Origin: a virus
Virus record (IMG/VR): IMGVR_UViG_3300019757_000007
Coordinates: 1 to 64,000 of that record
Length of the DNA stretch: 64,000 nt
Direction: 5' to 3' (one strand)
Position numbers and translations under genes: made by a program. The notes under the pieces were generated by a model. It worked only from the letters and a program-made list of their open reading frames with translations, made no database searches and was not told where the DNA came from. Shown here in pieces: positions 21,612-33,090 of the stretch. Numbering within the stretch: position 1 is the stretch's first letter; the number at the start of each line of letters is the position of its first letter.

Positions 21612-22184
21612 TTATTGTGGCATTGTAGGAACTTGTGGTGCCTGCGGAACTACTGGAGTACTTGGTATGCTAGGAGCTTGTGGTACTTCTGGTGAAGTTG
21701 GAACTGTTGGTACTACTGGAGTATTAGTTGCAGGTACTTGTGGTGTAAGAGGAGCATTTGGAGCCTCTACCGCTGGATTTGGAACTGCAGTTGCTGGTTC
21801 TGTTGGTTGACCAGGTTGTAGTTCTGGAGTAGCAGCTGGAGCTGATTCCGCACCTGGAAGTACTAAAGAAGAAACCATTAATTGATATTCAGTATTTCCA
21901 TTCCATGTATTTTCTTTGAATTCTCCATCCATTGAAATTGACTTACCTTTTAGATTTTGTGGATCAAAGGCTTTTAAAGCTGCTACTGAAGCATCATCGA
22001 ATAATAAGAATTTGTAAGATTGATTTGCGCCATTTGCATCTGGTAGTTGAATATAACCTGTTGCGTAATCTTTATTTTTCTTGCTTAAGTTAACGTATGC
22101 TGCTGTAATTGTTCCTGTGTAAGTTTGTGTATTTGCCATTTTTTTATTTCCTTTTAAATGTATATATTTTGTGATTTTTATCAC
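21612..22184 (-). CDS. OB-fold (SSB-like) protein with Pro-rich tail
   Basis: OB-like beta pattern (ISMDGEFKENTWNG..YQLMV); long P/A/T/V-rich tail; likely start MANTQ near 22139. Confidence 0.55.
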   Translation of the reverse strand: MIKITKYIHLKGNKKMANTQTYTGTITAAYVNLSKKNKDYATGYIQLPDANGANQSYKFLLFDDASVAALKAFDPQNLKGKSISMDGEFKENTWNGNTEYQLMVSSLVLPGAESAPAATPELQPGQPTEPATAVPNPAVEAPNAPLTPQVPATNTPVVPTVPTSPEVPQAPSIPSTPVVPQAPQVPTMPQ

Positions 22185-22260
22185 AACCTTAATTGGTATC
22201 GACCAAGTTCTTTCTGTATCTAATATATCTTTTCTATAGTATCTGGAACTCTATATCCAG

Positions 22261-23433
22261 TTATGTAGCAGTTTCTATCTTTCCAAAAACATTTAATTCT
22301 GTTTCGGAAGTAAATATTAGATTCAGGGCAGTGTTTTGAGAAGAGATACTAATTGGACAAATTTTTCCAAAACCACTTGGATTATTTTCTGTCCAAGATT
22401 TTGGTAATCTACCATCTCTAATAATACTAATTGCTTGCGATACCTTATGAATTAAGGGAGCCGGAAATGGAAGGCTTAAGTCGTATAAATTTCCTCTATG
22501 TAAGTTCTTATTAAAACCAGTAGTCATAATACTTAACTCATTCATAGTTGGTAAAAAGTTCTGGTTATTTTTATCAATAATACCATACAATAATCTTAAA
22601 TAAATTTCAAATATTGGTCTTATTAAATATTCGAGTAGTACTACTCTTCTATTTTTTAAGTCCGCCATATTAATTTCTATTTTCTCTTCATTAATAACTA
22701 TAATCTTTTTAAAGATATCCGATAAAGTATTAGTCTCGAAAAAATTATTGAACATATCTCGATAATATTCTAATAATAATTGTTCATCTAAAAACTTAGC
22801 TACATCCATCTCTTCAAAGAATTCCACCTTATGAAAATTGAAAAATTTAATAAACTTTTTAAATTCCTCTTTTGTAAATCCAGGTTTTTTAATATATTTT
22901 AATTTTATTAATTCCTCAATATACTGTGGATCTTTATCAAAAAATATTTTTAAGAATAAATCTAATTCCATAGACTTACCTTTAAATTGAATTGTTCCAG
23001 CTATGAAATCAAAGGTAAAGTTAAATACTGCATTAACATTTGCAAATATTTTATTTTTTCCTTCTTCTGGTAAATAGATTCTATCTATCGGAGCCTTCTC
23101 TAAGAATAATAAAGGAACATAAACCATATTATTTAAAATATAGTAATTGTCTTGGACTAATTTTGGTACTAAAAAGGTTATAGTATTTTTATAATCCTTA
23201 TAACCTTGATTAACTATAACCTTATCATAATAAGAAGTATTTAGATTTAGATAAGTAGGATTCATAGTTTCGTATGAAATATCAAAAGTATATTCTGGAT
23301 CTAATTTCTTAATCCTCTTAAACATATCTTCTAATATAAATTCTAATTTCTCAGCGTCGGCTTTTCTAAAATCTTTTACCAGCATATTTCCTGGAGCCAT
23401 TTCTTTTTGCTTGTCGAATTTAATTAAATTCAT
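22261..23433 (-). CDS. multisubunit RNA polymerase set A, beta N-terminal half
   Basis: VPKLVQDNYYILNN (cf. IPLMTDNGTFVING), ADLKNRRV, NPSGFGKICPIS (cf. HPTHYGRVCPIE). Confidence 0.8.
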   Translation of the reverse strand: MNLIKFDKQKEMAPGNMLVKDFRKADAEKLEFILEDMFKRIKKLDPEYTFDISYETMNPTYLNLNTSYYDKVIVNQGYKDYKNTITFLVPKLVQDNYYILNNMVYVPLLFLEKAPIDRIYLPEEGKNKIFANVNAVFNFTFDFIAGTIQFKGKSMELDLFLKIFFDKDPQYIEELIKLKYIKKPGFTKEEFKKFIKFFNFHKVEFFEEMDVAKFLDEQLLLEYYRDMFNNFFETNTLSDIFKKIIVINEEKIEINMADLKNRRVVLLEYLIRPIFEIYLRLLYGIIDKNNQNFLPTMNELSIMTTGFNKNLHRGNLYDLSLPFPAPLIHKVSQAISIIRDGRLPKSWTENNPSGFGKICPISISSQNTALNLIFTSETELNVFGKIETAT

Positions 23434-24301
23434 TTACTTCCTTTATTTTACAAGTACTTGGATACTCTAATACACCCTTTTCTTTATTAATAAATTTAAT
23501 ATCTAAACCATTATTCGTTATAATTTCCCAACCAGTTTTTTTAGATACTATGAAAATATTACAATATAAGGTTTTATTATTTTTAAAATTTTGTTGATTA
23601 TAAGATACTATTTTATTATAATCGCTGTTCTGTTTAGCTATAAAAAAACTAAAAATACTAATAGTTAAAAATAGTATAAAACCAAAAATAATATTATTTC
23701 TTTTTTCTAATTTTTTTAACTTTTCTTCCTCCTCAGAATAATCTTCAACTATTCTTTCTCTATTAGCCGATTTAATTAGCTCTTTTAATTCTTTTTTATC
23801 TTCTAAATTCATTTACTTCCTTTTCTTTGTGCTACATAAATAATACATAATAACTCACAAAATAAATATAGTAAAATAAAGTAGCAAATGCTACTTTATC
23901 TGCTTCTGTTTTAAAATGTTTCGTTAATGTTCTATCAGAATATAATAATAGTAGAATAATATATAATATAAATAATATAAAAATACTGATAATAAAACCA
24001 GTTATTTGTAATAATCCACTTACTATTACTAATAAAAATAATAGTACTATATAAATATTATGAAATACTTTAATTAAAACTTTAAATAATTTCATTCCCA
24101 TATCGTAAATATACTAACATATTCTACTATTCCCATTAAAATTAGTAGGCATATACATTCTATTGGACTAATGTCATTTAAATAATGATTTTCATTCATG
24201 AATAGAGCCATAAAGAAGAAAGTTATTATTCCAAATGCGACTATTCCTATTGTTGATTGAAAATACATACCGAAGATATCTCCGGTTAAGAACGCTTCCA
24301 T
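23420..24301 (-). CDS. three small membrane proteins (23420-23812, 23832-24101, 24092-24301)
   Basis: Each has hydrophobic segments. Confidence 0.6.
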
Positions 24302-26307
24302 TAGTAGTAGATATCTAAGATATCATTATACATATGAGTAGTTCCTTCGCTAAATTTTGCTTTATAAACATTTGAAATAGCTCTATTACTAAAGTTATAA
24401 AATATTGATAATTTAGGATCTAACTGCTCAATTACATTTTTCAATGCTACCTGTTTAACTATCTCTTTATCACTATATCTAATTAATAATCCATCTTCAT
24501 CATAGAATAATAATGATAAAATCATTTCAAAATAAATACTAAGAATATTATTTTGAGTAATTACTTCTACTAGATTACCATAAATATCGTTAATACTTCT
24601 AAGAGCATCATCTTTTCTATTTTTATCAATTAAAGAAACAATTCCATTTAGAATCTTAACAGAATCATCATTAAATGGTAATTCATTTACAGTAATAGTT
24701 AATACTTCTTTATTATTTTCTTTATCTTCATGTGTATCTAAAGTAATATGTTCTTCATTTGGATATTTCTTAGCTAAATAACCTTTGATATAATCTATAT
24801 CTTCCGGTGCTCCAACTATTGAGTCTCCACCTACTACAGTTGATCTCATAAATATTTTAGATATTTCTCTATCTTCCTCAGTAATAAAAGCTCCACCAAA
24901 GTGATGCGTTCTAAGAACAGATTGAATAATACCTTCCGCAATATAAGAACCAAGACTAGCTCCAACATGTTTACTTGTTGGTTGTTTACTACCAAAACAT
25001 TTTTTACAAATACCAAAACCATGAGTCTTACATCTAATAGGAGATCTTAATTTAATATCAGTTCCTATTAATTCAGTTTCTGTTCCAGTTAATTCTCTTT
25101 CTTCTGTTCCAGCATCATACCATCTATATTTTAAAGACATTAGATGATCTTTATCTAAAATAGTAAATTTCTCATAACTTTTATTTTCATGAGATATATC
25201 TTCTTGACAATCTTCGATATCAATTCTAAAATTTAAAATACCAGTACTAAAGAAGAATTTTCTTTGTAGTTCTCCACCCTTTGGAATAGCATCCTGTCTT
25301 TGCATTAATGCTAGTCTAGCTGAATCTCCAGTACCAAAGTACTCTTCTTGAGTTAATCCATCAAGTAATGAATTTTCTATATTTCTAGGAAAAGCCTTTC
25401 CATAAATATCTGTTGGAATACCTGTATTACTAGCTGCTTTAAGTAACTGAACTGATTTCAGTCTAGCTCCAGAATCATAAACCTTATCTAGAATATTTTC
25501 TTTATCTTTTTCAACCTCTGGTCTAATAAAGTTTTCGAAAAGAACTAGATTTTGATGGAAAGCTAAATATGGTTCTACTTGAATCATATTCTTTTTGTAT
25601 TCCTCAATAGCATCGCTTCGTACACTAAAATCATCTAATTTAAAACTTGGATTACAGCTACTAATAACTGTTCCTACTTCTAAAAATAATTTATTTAACT
25701 CATGAACCCAATTATAAAATTGATTTTTATCTTTAGTGAATTCGATCTTTTTCCAAAAATCATAAGTCATTTTCATAAGATTCTTTTTATTTAAAGCTAC
25801 TCTATTTGTATAATAAACTTTAAATTTATCATCAATATGAACTTCTTCATTATGAACTTCCTGATTTTCATCCCATTCAGTATCATTTAAACTTCTATTA
25901 ATTAACCATTCAGTTAAATGAAGACCATCCTCGTTACCTTGAATAGGAAGTTGTTCTATATTAATAATTAATTTACCAGCTGAGATATCTTCGATATTAA
26001 TATATTTTTCTCTTAACTCTGCAAAATCTTTTACAGTTACCTTTGTACATTCATTATTTTCAATATTATCTAACATAATTTTTGTATACATATAAGAAGC
26101 ATAAATACTCTCATGTTCATAACTGAACAGTAAAGAATCTCTATGTTCGAATTCCACTAAATTATTTACGAAATGATCGTGGAAATCTTCTCTTGCTTGT
26201 TTTGAATGAAGTGCGACAGAAATCATAGTATCACCATCATAATCATGGTTCGTAAATTGAGAAACATTACTAGATATTTCTTTTACTCTATTTCTTTTTA
26301 TTTGCAA
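24301..26307 (-). CDS. multisubunit RNA polymerase set A, beta' C-terminal part with catalytic motif
   Basis: NHDYDGD at residues ~20-26, SGAR, GLTQEEYF, GELQRK, LRSPIRC, CKKCFG, trigger-loop QSVLRTHH; TTG start with AAGGA RBS. Confidence 0.9.
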   Translation of the reverse strand: MQIKRNRVKEISSNVSQFTNHDYDGDTMISVALHSKQAREDFHDHFVNNLVEFEHRDSLLFSYEHESIYASYMYTKIMLDNIENNECTKVTVKDFAELREKYINIEDISAGKLIINIEQLPIQGNEDGLHLTEWLINRSLNDTEWDENQEVHNEEVHIDDKFKVYYTNRVALNKKNLMKMTYDFWKKIEFTKDKNQFYNWVHELNKLFLEVGTVISSCNPSFKLDDFSVRSDAIEEYKKNMIQVEPYLAFHQNLVLFENFIRPEVEKDKENILDKVYDSGARLKSVQLLKAASNTGIPTDIYGKAFPRNIENSLLDGLTQEEYFGTGDSARLALMQRQDAIPKGGELQRKFFFSTGILNFRIDIEDCQEDISHENKSYEKFTILDKDHLMSLKYRWYDAGTEERELTGTETELIGTDIKLRSPIRCKTHGFGICKKCFGSKQPTSKHVGASLGSYIAEGIIQSVLRTHHFGGAFITEEDREISKIFMRSTVVGGDSIVGAPEDIDYIKGYLAKKYPNEEHITLDTHEDKENNKEVLTITVNELPFNDDSVKILNGIVSLIDKNRKDDALRSINDIYGNLVEVITQNNILSIYFEMILSLLFYDEDGLLIRYSDKEIVKQVALKNVIEQLDPKLSIFYNFSNRAISNVYKAKFSEGTTHMYNDILDIYY

Positions 26308-26319
26308 TCTTTATCCTTT

Positions 26320-26862
26320 TTATTTGGCTTTAGCCTTTTCCATTTTAATTCTTTTTAAAAGAACATCTTTTATTCTATTTATATCTGTTGTTTTTTTAGT
26401 AGCCAATTCTTTTTTCTCAGCTGAAACTTTATCTGGATGCCATACTTTTAATAATAATTTCCATTTATCCTTAACCTCTCTTTCGGTGTAAGGATAGTCT
26501 AAATTAAACAATTTTTCTCCTTGTTTAATTTCTTCTATTATATTACCAGTATCCGTTTTTTTATATAGTTCCTCGATATGTTTTTTAAATATCCAATTAG
26601 CCATATGATTATAACGGAGTTTTTTATATTTATCTCTAAATAAATCTTTATGTAAATAAATATATTCTACATCATGACCTAAGTCAGTTTCTTCTTTAAT
26701 TACTGATGCTACCGTTTTAGCTGAAATTATTATTTGAATAAATAACCCAGCTAAAAATCCCCATACATATAACATTACCGTAGTAAAAAAATAAGTTAGT
26801 ACTGCAAGAAAAAGAATAAGTTTAATATTATCACTAGAATACTTTATTATTTTTTTTAACAT
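26320..26862 (-). CDS. membrane-anchored DnaJ-domain protein
   Basis: N-terminal TM segments; C-terminal J domain with WHPDK. Confidence 0.8.
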   Translation of the reverse strand: MLKKIIKYSSDNIKLILFLAVLTYFFTTVMLYVWGFLAGLFIQIIISAKTVASVIKEETDLGHDVEYIYLHKDLFRDKYKKLRYNHMANWIFKKHIEELYKKTDTGNIIEEIKQGEKLFNLDYPYTEREVKDKWKLLLKVWHPDKVSAEKKELATKKTTDINRIKDVLLKRIKMEKAKAK

Positions 26863-26872
26863 TTCAATTCCT

Positions 26873-28010
26873 TTAAATTGCTTTAATTGTTACCTTAGTT
26901 AAATGAGAAGTCCATTCGTCTGGAATGTTGAATAATTCTCTTCCTTTTTTAGTAATGTCAACATGATTATAATCAACGTAACCTAGATGAGCCTGACCAT
27001 TATGTCCAAAAATATCAAAGATTTTATCTTCACCAATATATAAATTTTTATTTTTTAATTCTATATTGGCTTGAAAATCTCTTAATTTTGGCTCCCCATT
27101 AATGGTCTGAGTAATATAAATATTACTCTTTCCATAATTAATTATCATCTATCTTTCCAGCTTTAGTAGGTAATATTAATTCTTCTTCTGGATGATTATC
27201 ATGAAAATTATTTAATTGATATAATGGATCTTCTAAAAATTCTTTCGGATATAACCCATTTCTAAACGCATGAGCATTATTTCTTTTTATGATTTTTAAA
27301 AAAGCTTTTTCTTCTTTTTTATTTCTAACCGCTACTAATAGACCATTCCCACCATTTAAAGATTCTTTATCCCAAGCTAAAAAATATTGTTTAAATAGTT
27401 TATCACCATCTATAGAAAACCATTTTTTACCATTTTTAATTTCGCCATCTGATACTATAGAATCCGGTTTAACTTTAACATTATTTTTTGATTGATTAAC
27501 TTTTTTAGGAGTTCTTTCTTGTTTAATATCTATACAGCCTGTTAAAATTTCTTGAGTAATTAATTCAATTTTATCCTGCTCTCCATTTGAAATTAACTCT
27601 TCTGTCGTACTTTCGATAGTATCTTTAATTAATTCAATTTCTAAGTCAGAAAAACCTAAATTTTTTAAATGTTTAACTTTTATTTTTTTTGCCATTGTAT
27701 TTCCTTTTTTATTTTTAAGTTCTTTTGCTAGTGCTTTTTTTGGTAGAGTTCTATGTTCTTCTTCTGTTTTAGCTTTTAATAAATTAGCATAATTTTGACC
27801 AATTTGAGGAATTTTTAAATGTCTTTGAACATCTTCTCTTGATAATAATTTCTTAATGAAATATTTAGCTGCTTTAACATCTTCGCCTTTTTTAGCTTCT
27901 ATAATAATATTTAAAAAGCTATCTAAACCTTCTTTAATATTTGCTAAATCTCCATCTACTAATGTCATTAAAAACGATAATCTATACTTTAATTTTTCTA
28001 CTTTTTTCAT
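26873..28010 (-). CDS. two hypothetical proteins (26873-27148, 27138-28010)
   Basis: ORFs lying between the two beta' genes. Confidence 0.65.
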
Positions 28011-28011
28011 G

Positions 28012-29496
28012 TTATATTTCCTCAGCTTCTAAAGCTTGTATTTTTGTGTTGTAAATTTTTCTTACGGCCATTTTCATATTATTTAAATAAATTTTGGAAA
28101 AAGCAGAACCTTTCTCTTGTAACGCTCTGACATAATCAGGTGCTTCATTCATTGCTTCGAAATAATATTTTCTGTATTCATCCGGAATACCTATTTCTGT
28201 AAACTCAGGTATTTGATAAATATCATCCTCTGAATCCCCGTAGCTTCGAGCTATAGAATAACAACTACTACTAAACTTCCATAAGTTAGGTTGTCTTTCA
28301 GTAAGTACCCTAAAATCTTTCATTTTCTTTTCTAAGAAGTTTTTAAAATCTTCATCAGGTAAAGTAATTTCAAAATTATTATTGAACCTATCATAGATAT
28401 ATTGGATATATTCCACCACGTCAAAACTATTTTGAGAACCATCCTCATCAATAATACTAATCTCTTTATCTTCATATTCTACGAATAAATATCTTAGTAA
28501 TTCTGGTAAAAATATTTTCTTAATACTTTCTTCTGGTAAACCTAATTGATATGGTTTTAAAACTGGATTTGGAATAATAACAGCTCTCTGACTAAATTCT
28601 ACTGTTTTTCCAGTTAAAGATTCTCTTACATAATTATCTTTCTTTTGAAAATTAAATTGTAATATTTCGTGATATACATCATCAATACTTTGCTGATACT
28701 TATAAACAGTATTACCAAAAAAATCAGAATTTGTATTATAAAGATTATCAAGAACAGAAGTCCCTTTGGAAATATTTTTAAGTATTTCAATATAAGCCTT
28801 TGTAATTGGATGTGGTAAAATCTTAGTATTACTAATTTTTACTACCTGTCTACTATTTGGAGGAGTTACTAAAATATAATTTAAGAAAACATATTTTAAA
28901 TAATCTTCTTTAATACTACCAGTTAAATGATGTCGGTACTTCCATTCTACTGGAATTCCTTCCTCAGGTGGTTTTGCCATTAAATCATGCAATAAAAAAA
29001 ACAAGTCCTTTAAGGAATTAATATCAAAAACTGGATGATCAATAAAATCTTTATCACCTTCCGCTATTTTAGTACTTTTGATTAACTTATATTTCTTAAG
29101 ATGGAAATAATAAGGTGCTTCTTTATTACTATTATATGCATGTTTTGATAAAATATTTTTAATACTATTATGACCGAAAATATCTTGTAAAGCATTCTTA
29201 AAATCGGGGTTTACTATAAAGATACCAGCGGGTAACATTATTTTAGCGAATTGAATATTTCTAGATTCATTCTTAGAACATTTTACATTACAGTTTGTAC
29301 ATACTTTACTAGCATTTATTTTGCCAAATACTTTTCCACACTGACATTTATATATCTTTTCTGGGCCAAAAATTTGCTCCGAATAGAGCCCATCTTTAGT
29401 AAAAGTATCATGTTTGTTACTTGTAAAAATACTTGGGTTAGTGATTTCTTCTAAATCGTCGACACCAGCGTATTCCTTAAAATTAAGTACTATCAT
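28012..29496 (-). CDS. multisubunit RNA polymerase set A, beta' N-terminal part
   Basis: DGLYSEQIFGP, Zn finger CQCG..CTNC, VTPPNSR, GKTVEFSQRAVI, LGLP, RQPNLW. Confidence 0.9.
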   Translation of the reverse strand: MIVLNFKEYAGVDDLEEITNPSIFTSNKHDTFTKDGLYSEQIFGPEKIYKCQCGKVFGKINASKVCTNCNVKCSKNESRNIQFAKIMLPAGIFIVNPDFKNALQDIFGHNSIKNILSKHAYNSNKEAPYYFHLKKYKLIKSTKIAEGDKDFIDHPVFDINSLKDLFFLLHDLMAKPPEEGIPVEWKYRHHLTGSIKEDYLKYVFLNYILVTPPNSRQVVKISNTKILPHPITKAYIEILKNISKGTSVLDNLYNTNSDFFGNTVYKYQQSIDDVYHEILQFNFQKKDNYVRESLTGKTVEFSQRAVIIPNPVLKPYQLGLPEESIKKIFLPELLRYLFVEYEDKEISIIDEDGSQNSFDVVEYIQYIYDRFNNNFEITLPDEDFKNFLEKKMKDFRVLTERQPNLWKFSSSCYSIARSYGDSEDDIYQIPEFTEIGIPDEYRKYYFEAMNEAPDYVRALQEKGSAFSKIYLNNMKMAVRKIYNTKIQALEAEEI

Positions 29497-29940
29497 GTAA
29501 TATTTCTCCCATTTTCATAATCGGGGCTATCTAATTCATGTTCTACTACCGAACATGTATTTCTATGATTTGGTAAATTACCATCTCTTTCTTTAGCGCA
29601 AGTTATTGCGTGGTCCTCAACTGTGAATGAATCAACTATATTTCTATAACCTAAATCCGAATCAATTACGGTGTATATTGTCATCTTAACCCTTTGTATT
29701 TTTTAATATCGCGATATTATTATATGATATATTGTCTAGATCCCGAATTAAATTTATTGTTTTACCAATATGAAATCCACCCATTGGAACCATTCTTATT
29801 ATTTTGTCGTTCTCAGTAAATCTAGGCTTTTGCTTTTTTATAGCAACTTTCTTTTTTTTACGAGCCATATTTTGTCCTTTCATATGTACTATATTTTATC
29901 TATTATAACTAAGAATAGTCAAGGCTATACTCCAGTTAAT

Positions 29941-30977
29941 TTAATAGCTTATTTCTAAACTAAACCCATTTTTTTTATTAACTTTTTTTATAATCTTTTC
30001 TGTAATAATACACCATCTATTATGTATAATTACACTATTATATCCAAAGTTAGCGGCTTCCCCAGTTAGTACTAATTTATTTTTAACTACTCCATTTGCA
30101 GTAGTACATAATTGGAATTCATTTTCTAAAAAAGTTTTATTTGCAAGTAACTTTATTATATCTCTTTTTATAATCTTTTTCTTTCCATCATCCCCTAGTA
30201 GGACAATTGCTTTACTATGACTATGAAAAGTATTTTCTGATTCGAACCATTCTAGGGACTTAATTATGTATGATTTCATCTAGAATAAATCCGCCTCTTC
30301 TATTAATTTTACGAAGGGTTCTTTCTGGAATAATTAAAATATCGTACCAACTCTTATAAAATGTTCTAGTGACCTCTTCTACTTGAATACCATTGTATTC
30401 TTTCATAAATTTTACTCTGAGGTCGCCATTTTTTAATATAGTCCATATATTATCTGATTCTTTAATTATTTTATTACAAAAAGGAATCATATCCCTATTA
30501 AAAGATTTAATTCCTGTAGTATATCCATATGAATTTGTAATTGGACATCTCCAACTATAAGAATCGGATGATGTTTTATTTTTACGAAACCAAGCTTCTG
30601 ATTTTATTTTATATACCTTCATTTAAAATAAAACCTCCTTTAATTTTTTTAGTTTTAAGAGTTGTTACTGGAAATTCAATTTCATCATACCACCCCTCAT
30701 AAAAATACCAATGATCTTTTGAATTAGATAGATTATTATCTTTTATAATTAATGTACTTTTTCCTCTTCTGCTTAAATCCGGATCATGTTTATGAAATAT
30801 CTTATCGCAAAAATCTAACATTAATTCATTAAATTTCTCCTTATATAAATTAGACCCAGAACCTTCTACTGGACATTCCCAAGTTTTAAAATGTTTACCC
30901 CTAGTAAAGCTAAGAAACCATTCCTTTGATTTGATTTTATAAGCTTTCATTTTAGATACACCCACCACAGGAACCAC
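29941..30977 (-). CDS. three tandem paralogous small proteins (29941-30279, 30260-30622, 30609-30977)
   Basis: All have MKxYxIKSxxWF at or near the N-terminus and end in a basic stretch plus GF(S/I)L. Confidence 0.75.
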
Positions 30978-31766
30978 TTCTCCAATCTCTCTGTTCTATA
31001 CCTAGTATTAATAATTTAGTACTTTCTTCTGTTAAAGTAAATCCATTTAATTCTAATAGTTCGACTATCTTTTTAAATTTATCACTTAATAAAAAGTCTT
31101 GTTCTGTTATACCATCATGATAATTATTCCAGTGTTCCTCGTAGTTATCTCCAAATTCCCAAGCACTATAAGTACCAGAAATTCCAAGATGTTCTGTCAT
31201 CCAATGTCCATACTCATACTTATCTATAGGTTTTCCATACTTATCACATTCACTTGGTAAATAGTTTCCATTTACTTTAAATACCCAATGACCAGAACAT
31301 AAATTTGGATAGCCTCCAGTCCAATTTACATTAATAATATCAATTGGTATTAACTTCGGCTTTGCTTCTACTGTTAAAGTAGGATCTATCGTATAATCTA
31401 TATTTGATAATCTCTCATTAATATTCATTATTGTTCCTTTTAACTAACCTCGTATTTGTCATAAAATTTTTGAAAAGCCGACTCTATATTTTTATAAGAA
31501 TGTCGTACAAATAAAAAAATTATACCTAATAAATAAATTCCATCAAAAAAGTATTCTTTATGTTCTAGTGAAAATAAAATTTCAATACCATAAACCATAA
31601 AAGAAAATAAAATTAAAGCTACAAAATAAACTAACCATAAATTAGATATAGTCTGATTAATAATTTTCCATCTTGTATTATTTTCAATCTCTTTCGTTAT
31701 TTTATACTTACCAGTTTCTTCATTTTTTTCTATATTATATTGATGTTCTAATACATCTGTTCTCAT
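30952..31766 (-). CDS. two hypothetical proteins (30952-31428 ending CGGC; 31440-31766 membrane)
   Basis: ORFs with RBS. Confidence 0.6.
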
Positions 31767-31775
31767 AATATTTCC

Positions 31776-32174
31776 TTATTTTCCTGTATTGATTAAGTAT
31801 TTTAATGCATGACTAACATGCTTGCAATGTTTTTTATTGCAATTCGGATTTGTACTTGTTGGAGCTTCGTCTAAAAATCCTTCTGGGATTAATAACGACC
31901 CTGCTAGTTTTAAACAATAAGCTCGACGAAAAATAAAATCATGACAAGAACAATAAACTTGTACTTCAGTATTAGGTTCTATTTTGGCAACCCCATTTCT
32001 TCCTCTAATTTTTACCGTGTAAATTTGAGGACCACCATATTTATTTTTTAAAGTAGTATTTTTACTTCTAAGTACTAACTGTTTAGTTTGACCATTATGC
32101 TCGTTAGTTTTATATAAGTTAGTAACTCTAATATCTTCTGTATTACCATCCATTAATTCATGTGCTCGTAACAT
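31776..32174 (-). CDS. SWIM zinc-finger protein
   Basis: CSCxDF...CKH. Confidence 0.75.
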   Translation of the reverse strand: MLRAHELMDGNTEDIRVTNLYKTNEHNGQTKQLVLRSKNTTLKNKYGGPQIYTVKIRGRNGVAKIEPNTEVQVYCSCHDFIFRRAYCLKLAGSLLIPEGFLDEAPTSTNPNCNKKHCKHVSHALKYLINTGK

Positions 32175-32207
32175 TTTTATCCTTTTTAATTTAATTTAAT
32201 TTTGATT

Positions 32208-32252
32208 TAGCTAAGAACTAGCTCACTATAGCCAGCTATCTGTAGCTAGCTA
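32208..32252. repeat. AGCT-rich dispersed repeat
   Basis: TAGCTAAGAACTAGCTCACTATAGCCAGCTA. Confidence 0.8.
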
Positions 32253-33086
32253 TCTTAATATTTTTAATTCCATTATGTTAATTATTTTTCTAGCCTCATA
32301 ATTATGTAATCTTCCATCAAAAAAATCTTCTTCTGTTATATTTTGGGAAGTACAATAAGGTAAATAATTTAAGTTTATAGAAGGATTAATTTTTATTCTT
32401 TCCTTATTTCTTTTTACTAAATAACCATCTTGTACAATAACCAATGTTTTTGCAGACATTCTTTTTTTAAATAATCTATCTCCTTGACCCATAACGATAT
32501 TTGAATTGTGATTTTTAGGCAAGATTAATTCATATATATCATCTCGTAATTGGTAAATTTTTACCCCTTTTTCTTCCGGAGTAAAAAAACTAATAGAACC
32601 TTTATTTTTTTTCATACTTAAAGAATTATCTTTTTCTTTATCATCTAATGGTGGGATATCTCTTTGATTCATTTCTAAAGTTTCTGTAATACATAAATTA
32701 TCTAATTCAGCGTTAACTCTTGTTTCTATAGCTAAAGATTTTCGACGTATTCTTCTTAAGTAATCGTCCATCACTGTATTTTGTCCATTATATGGATTAA
32801 TAGATAATGGGATTCTATTAATTGCTCCATACACATCATTTCTAGAAGAAACTGATCGCGGATATGGAGAGGCACCTGATGATGGAACTGGAGGTGCAGG
32901 TGGTGGATGTGGAATCGATCCAAATAAATTACCTTCTTGACCACTTTGTATTATTTGATTCCTTTCTAGTCTTAACTGCCTTATATGTTCTTCTTTTTCT
33001 AGTCTTAATTGCCTTATATGTTCTTCTCTTCTTCTTTCTAAAGCCAATTTTTTAGCACGTTCGTGTCTATTAATACTTTGATCCAT
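32250..33086 (-). CDS. hypothetical protein
   Basis: 278 aa; contains a 33-nt tandem duplication (EEHIRQLRLE x2) and a Pro-rich patch. Confidence 0.7.
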   Translation of the reverse strand: MDQSINRHERAKKLALERRREEHIRQLRLEKEEHIRQLRLERNQIIQSGQEGNLFGSIPHPPPAPPVPSSGASPYPRSVSSRNDVYGAINRIPLSINPYNGQNTVMDDYLRRIRRKSLAIETRVNAELDNLCITETLEMNQRDIPPLDDKEKDNSLSMKKNKGSISFFTPEEKGVKIYQLRDDIYELILPKNHNSNIVMGQGDRLFKKRMSAKTLVIVQDGYLVKRNKERIKINPSINLNYLPYCTSQNITEEDFFDGRLHNYEARKIINIMELKILR

Positions 33087-33090
33087 AAGA

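Noticed and set aside
26308-28250. Group I intron or split intein joining the set A beta' halves
   Set aside because: No intein terminal motifs or intron core were recognised, and both genes have their own RBS and start.
32964-33026. 33-nt tandem duplication
   Set aside because: A simple in-frame coding duplication in a helical region with no sign of wider function.
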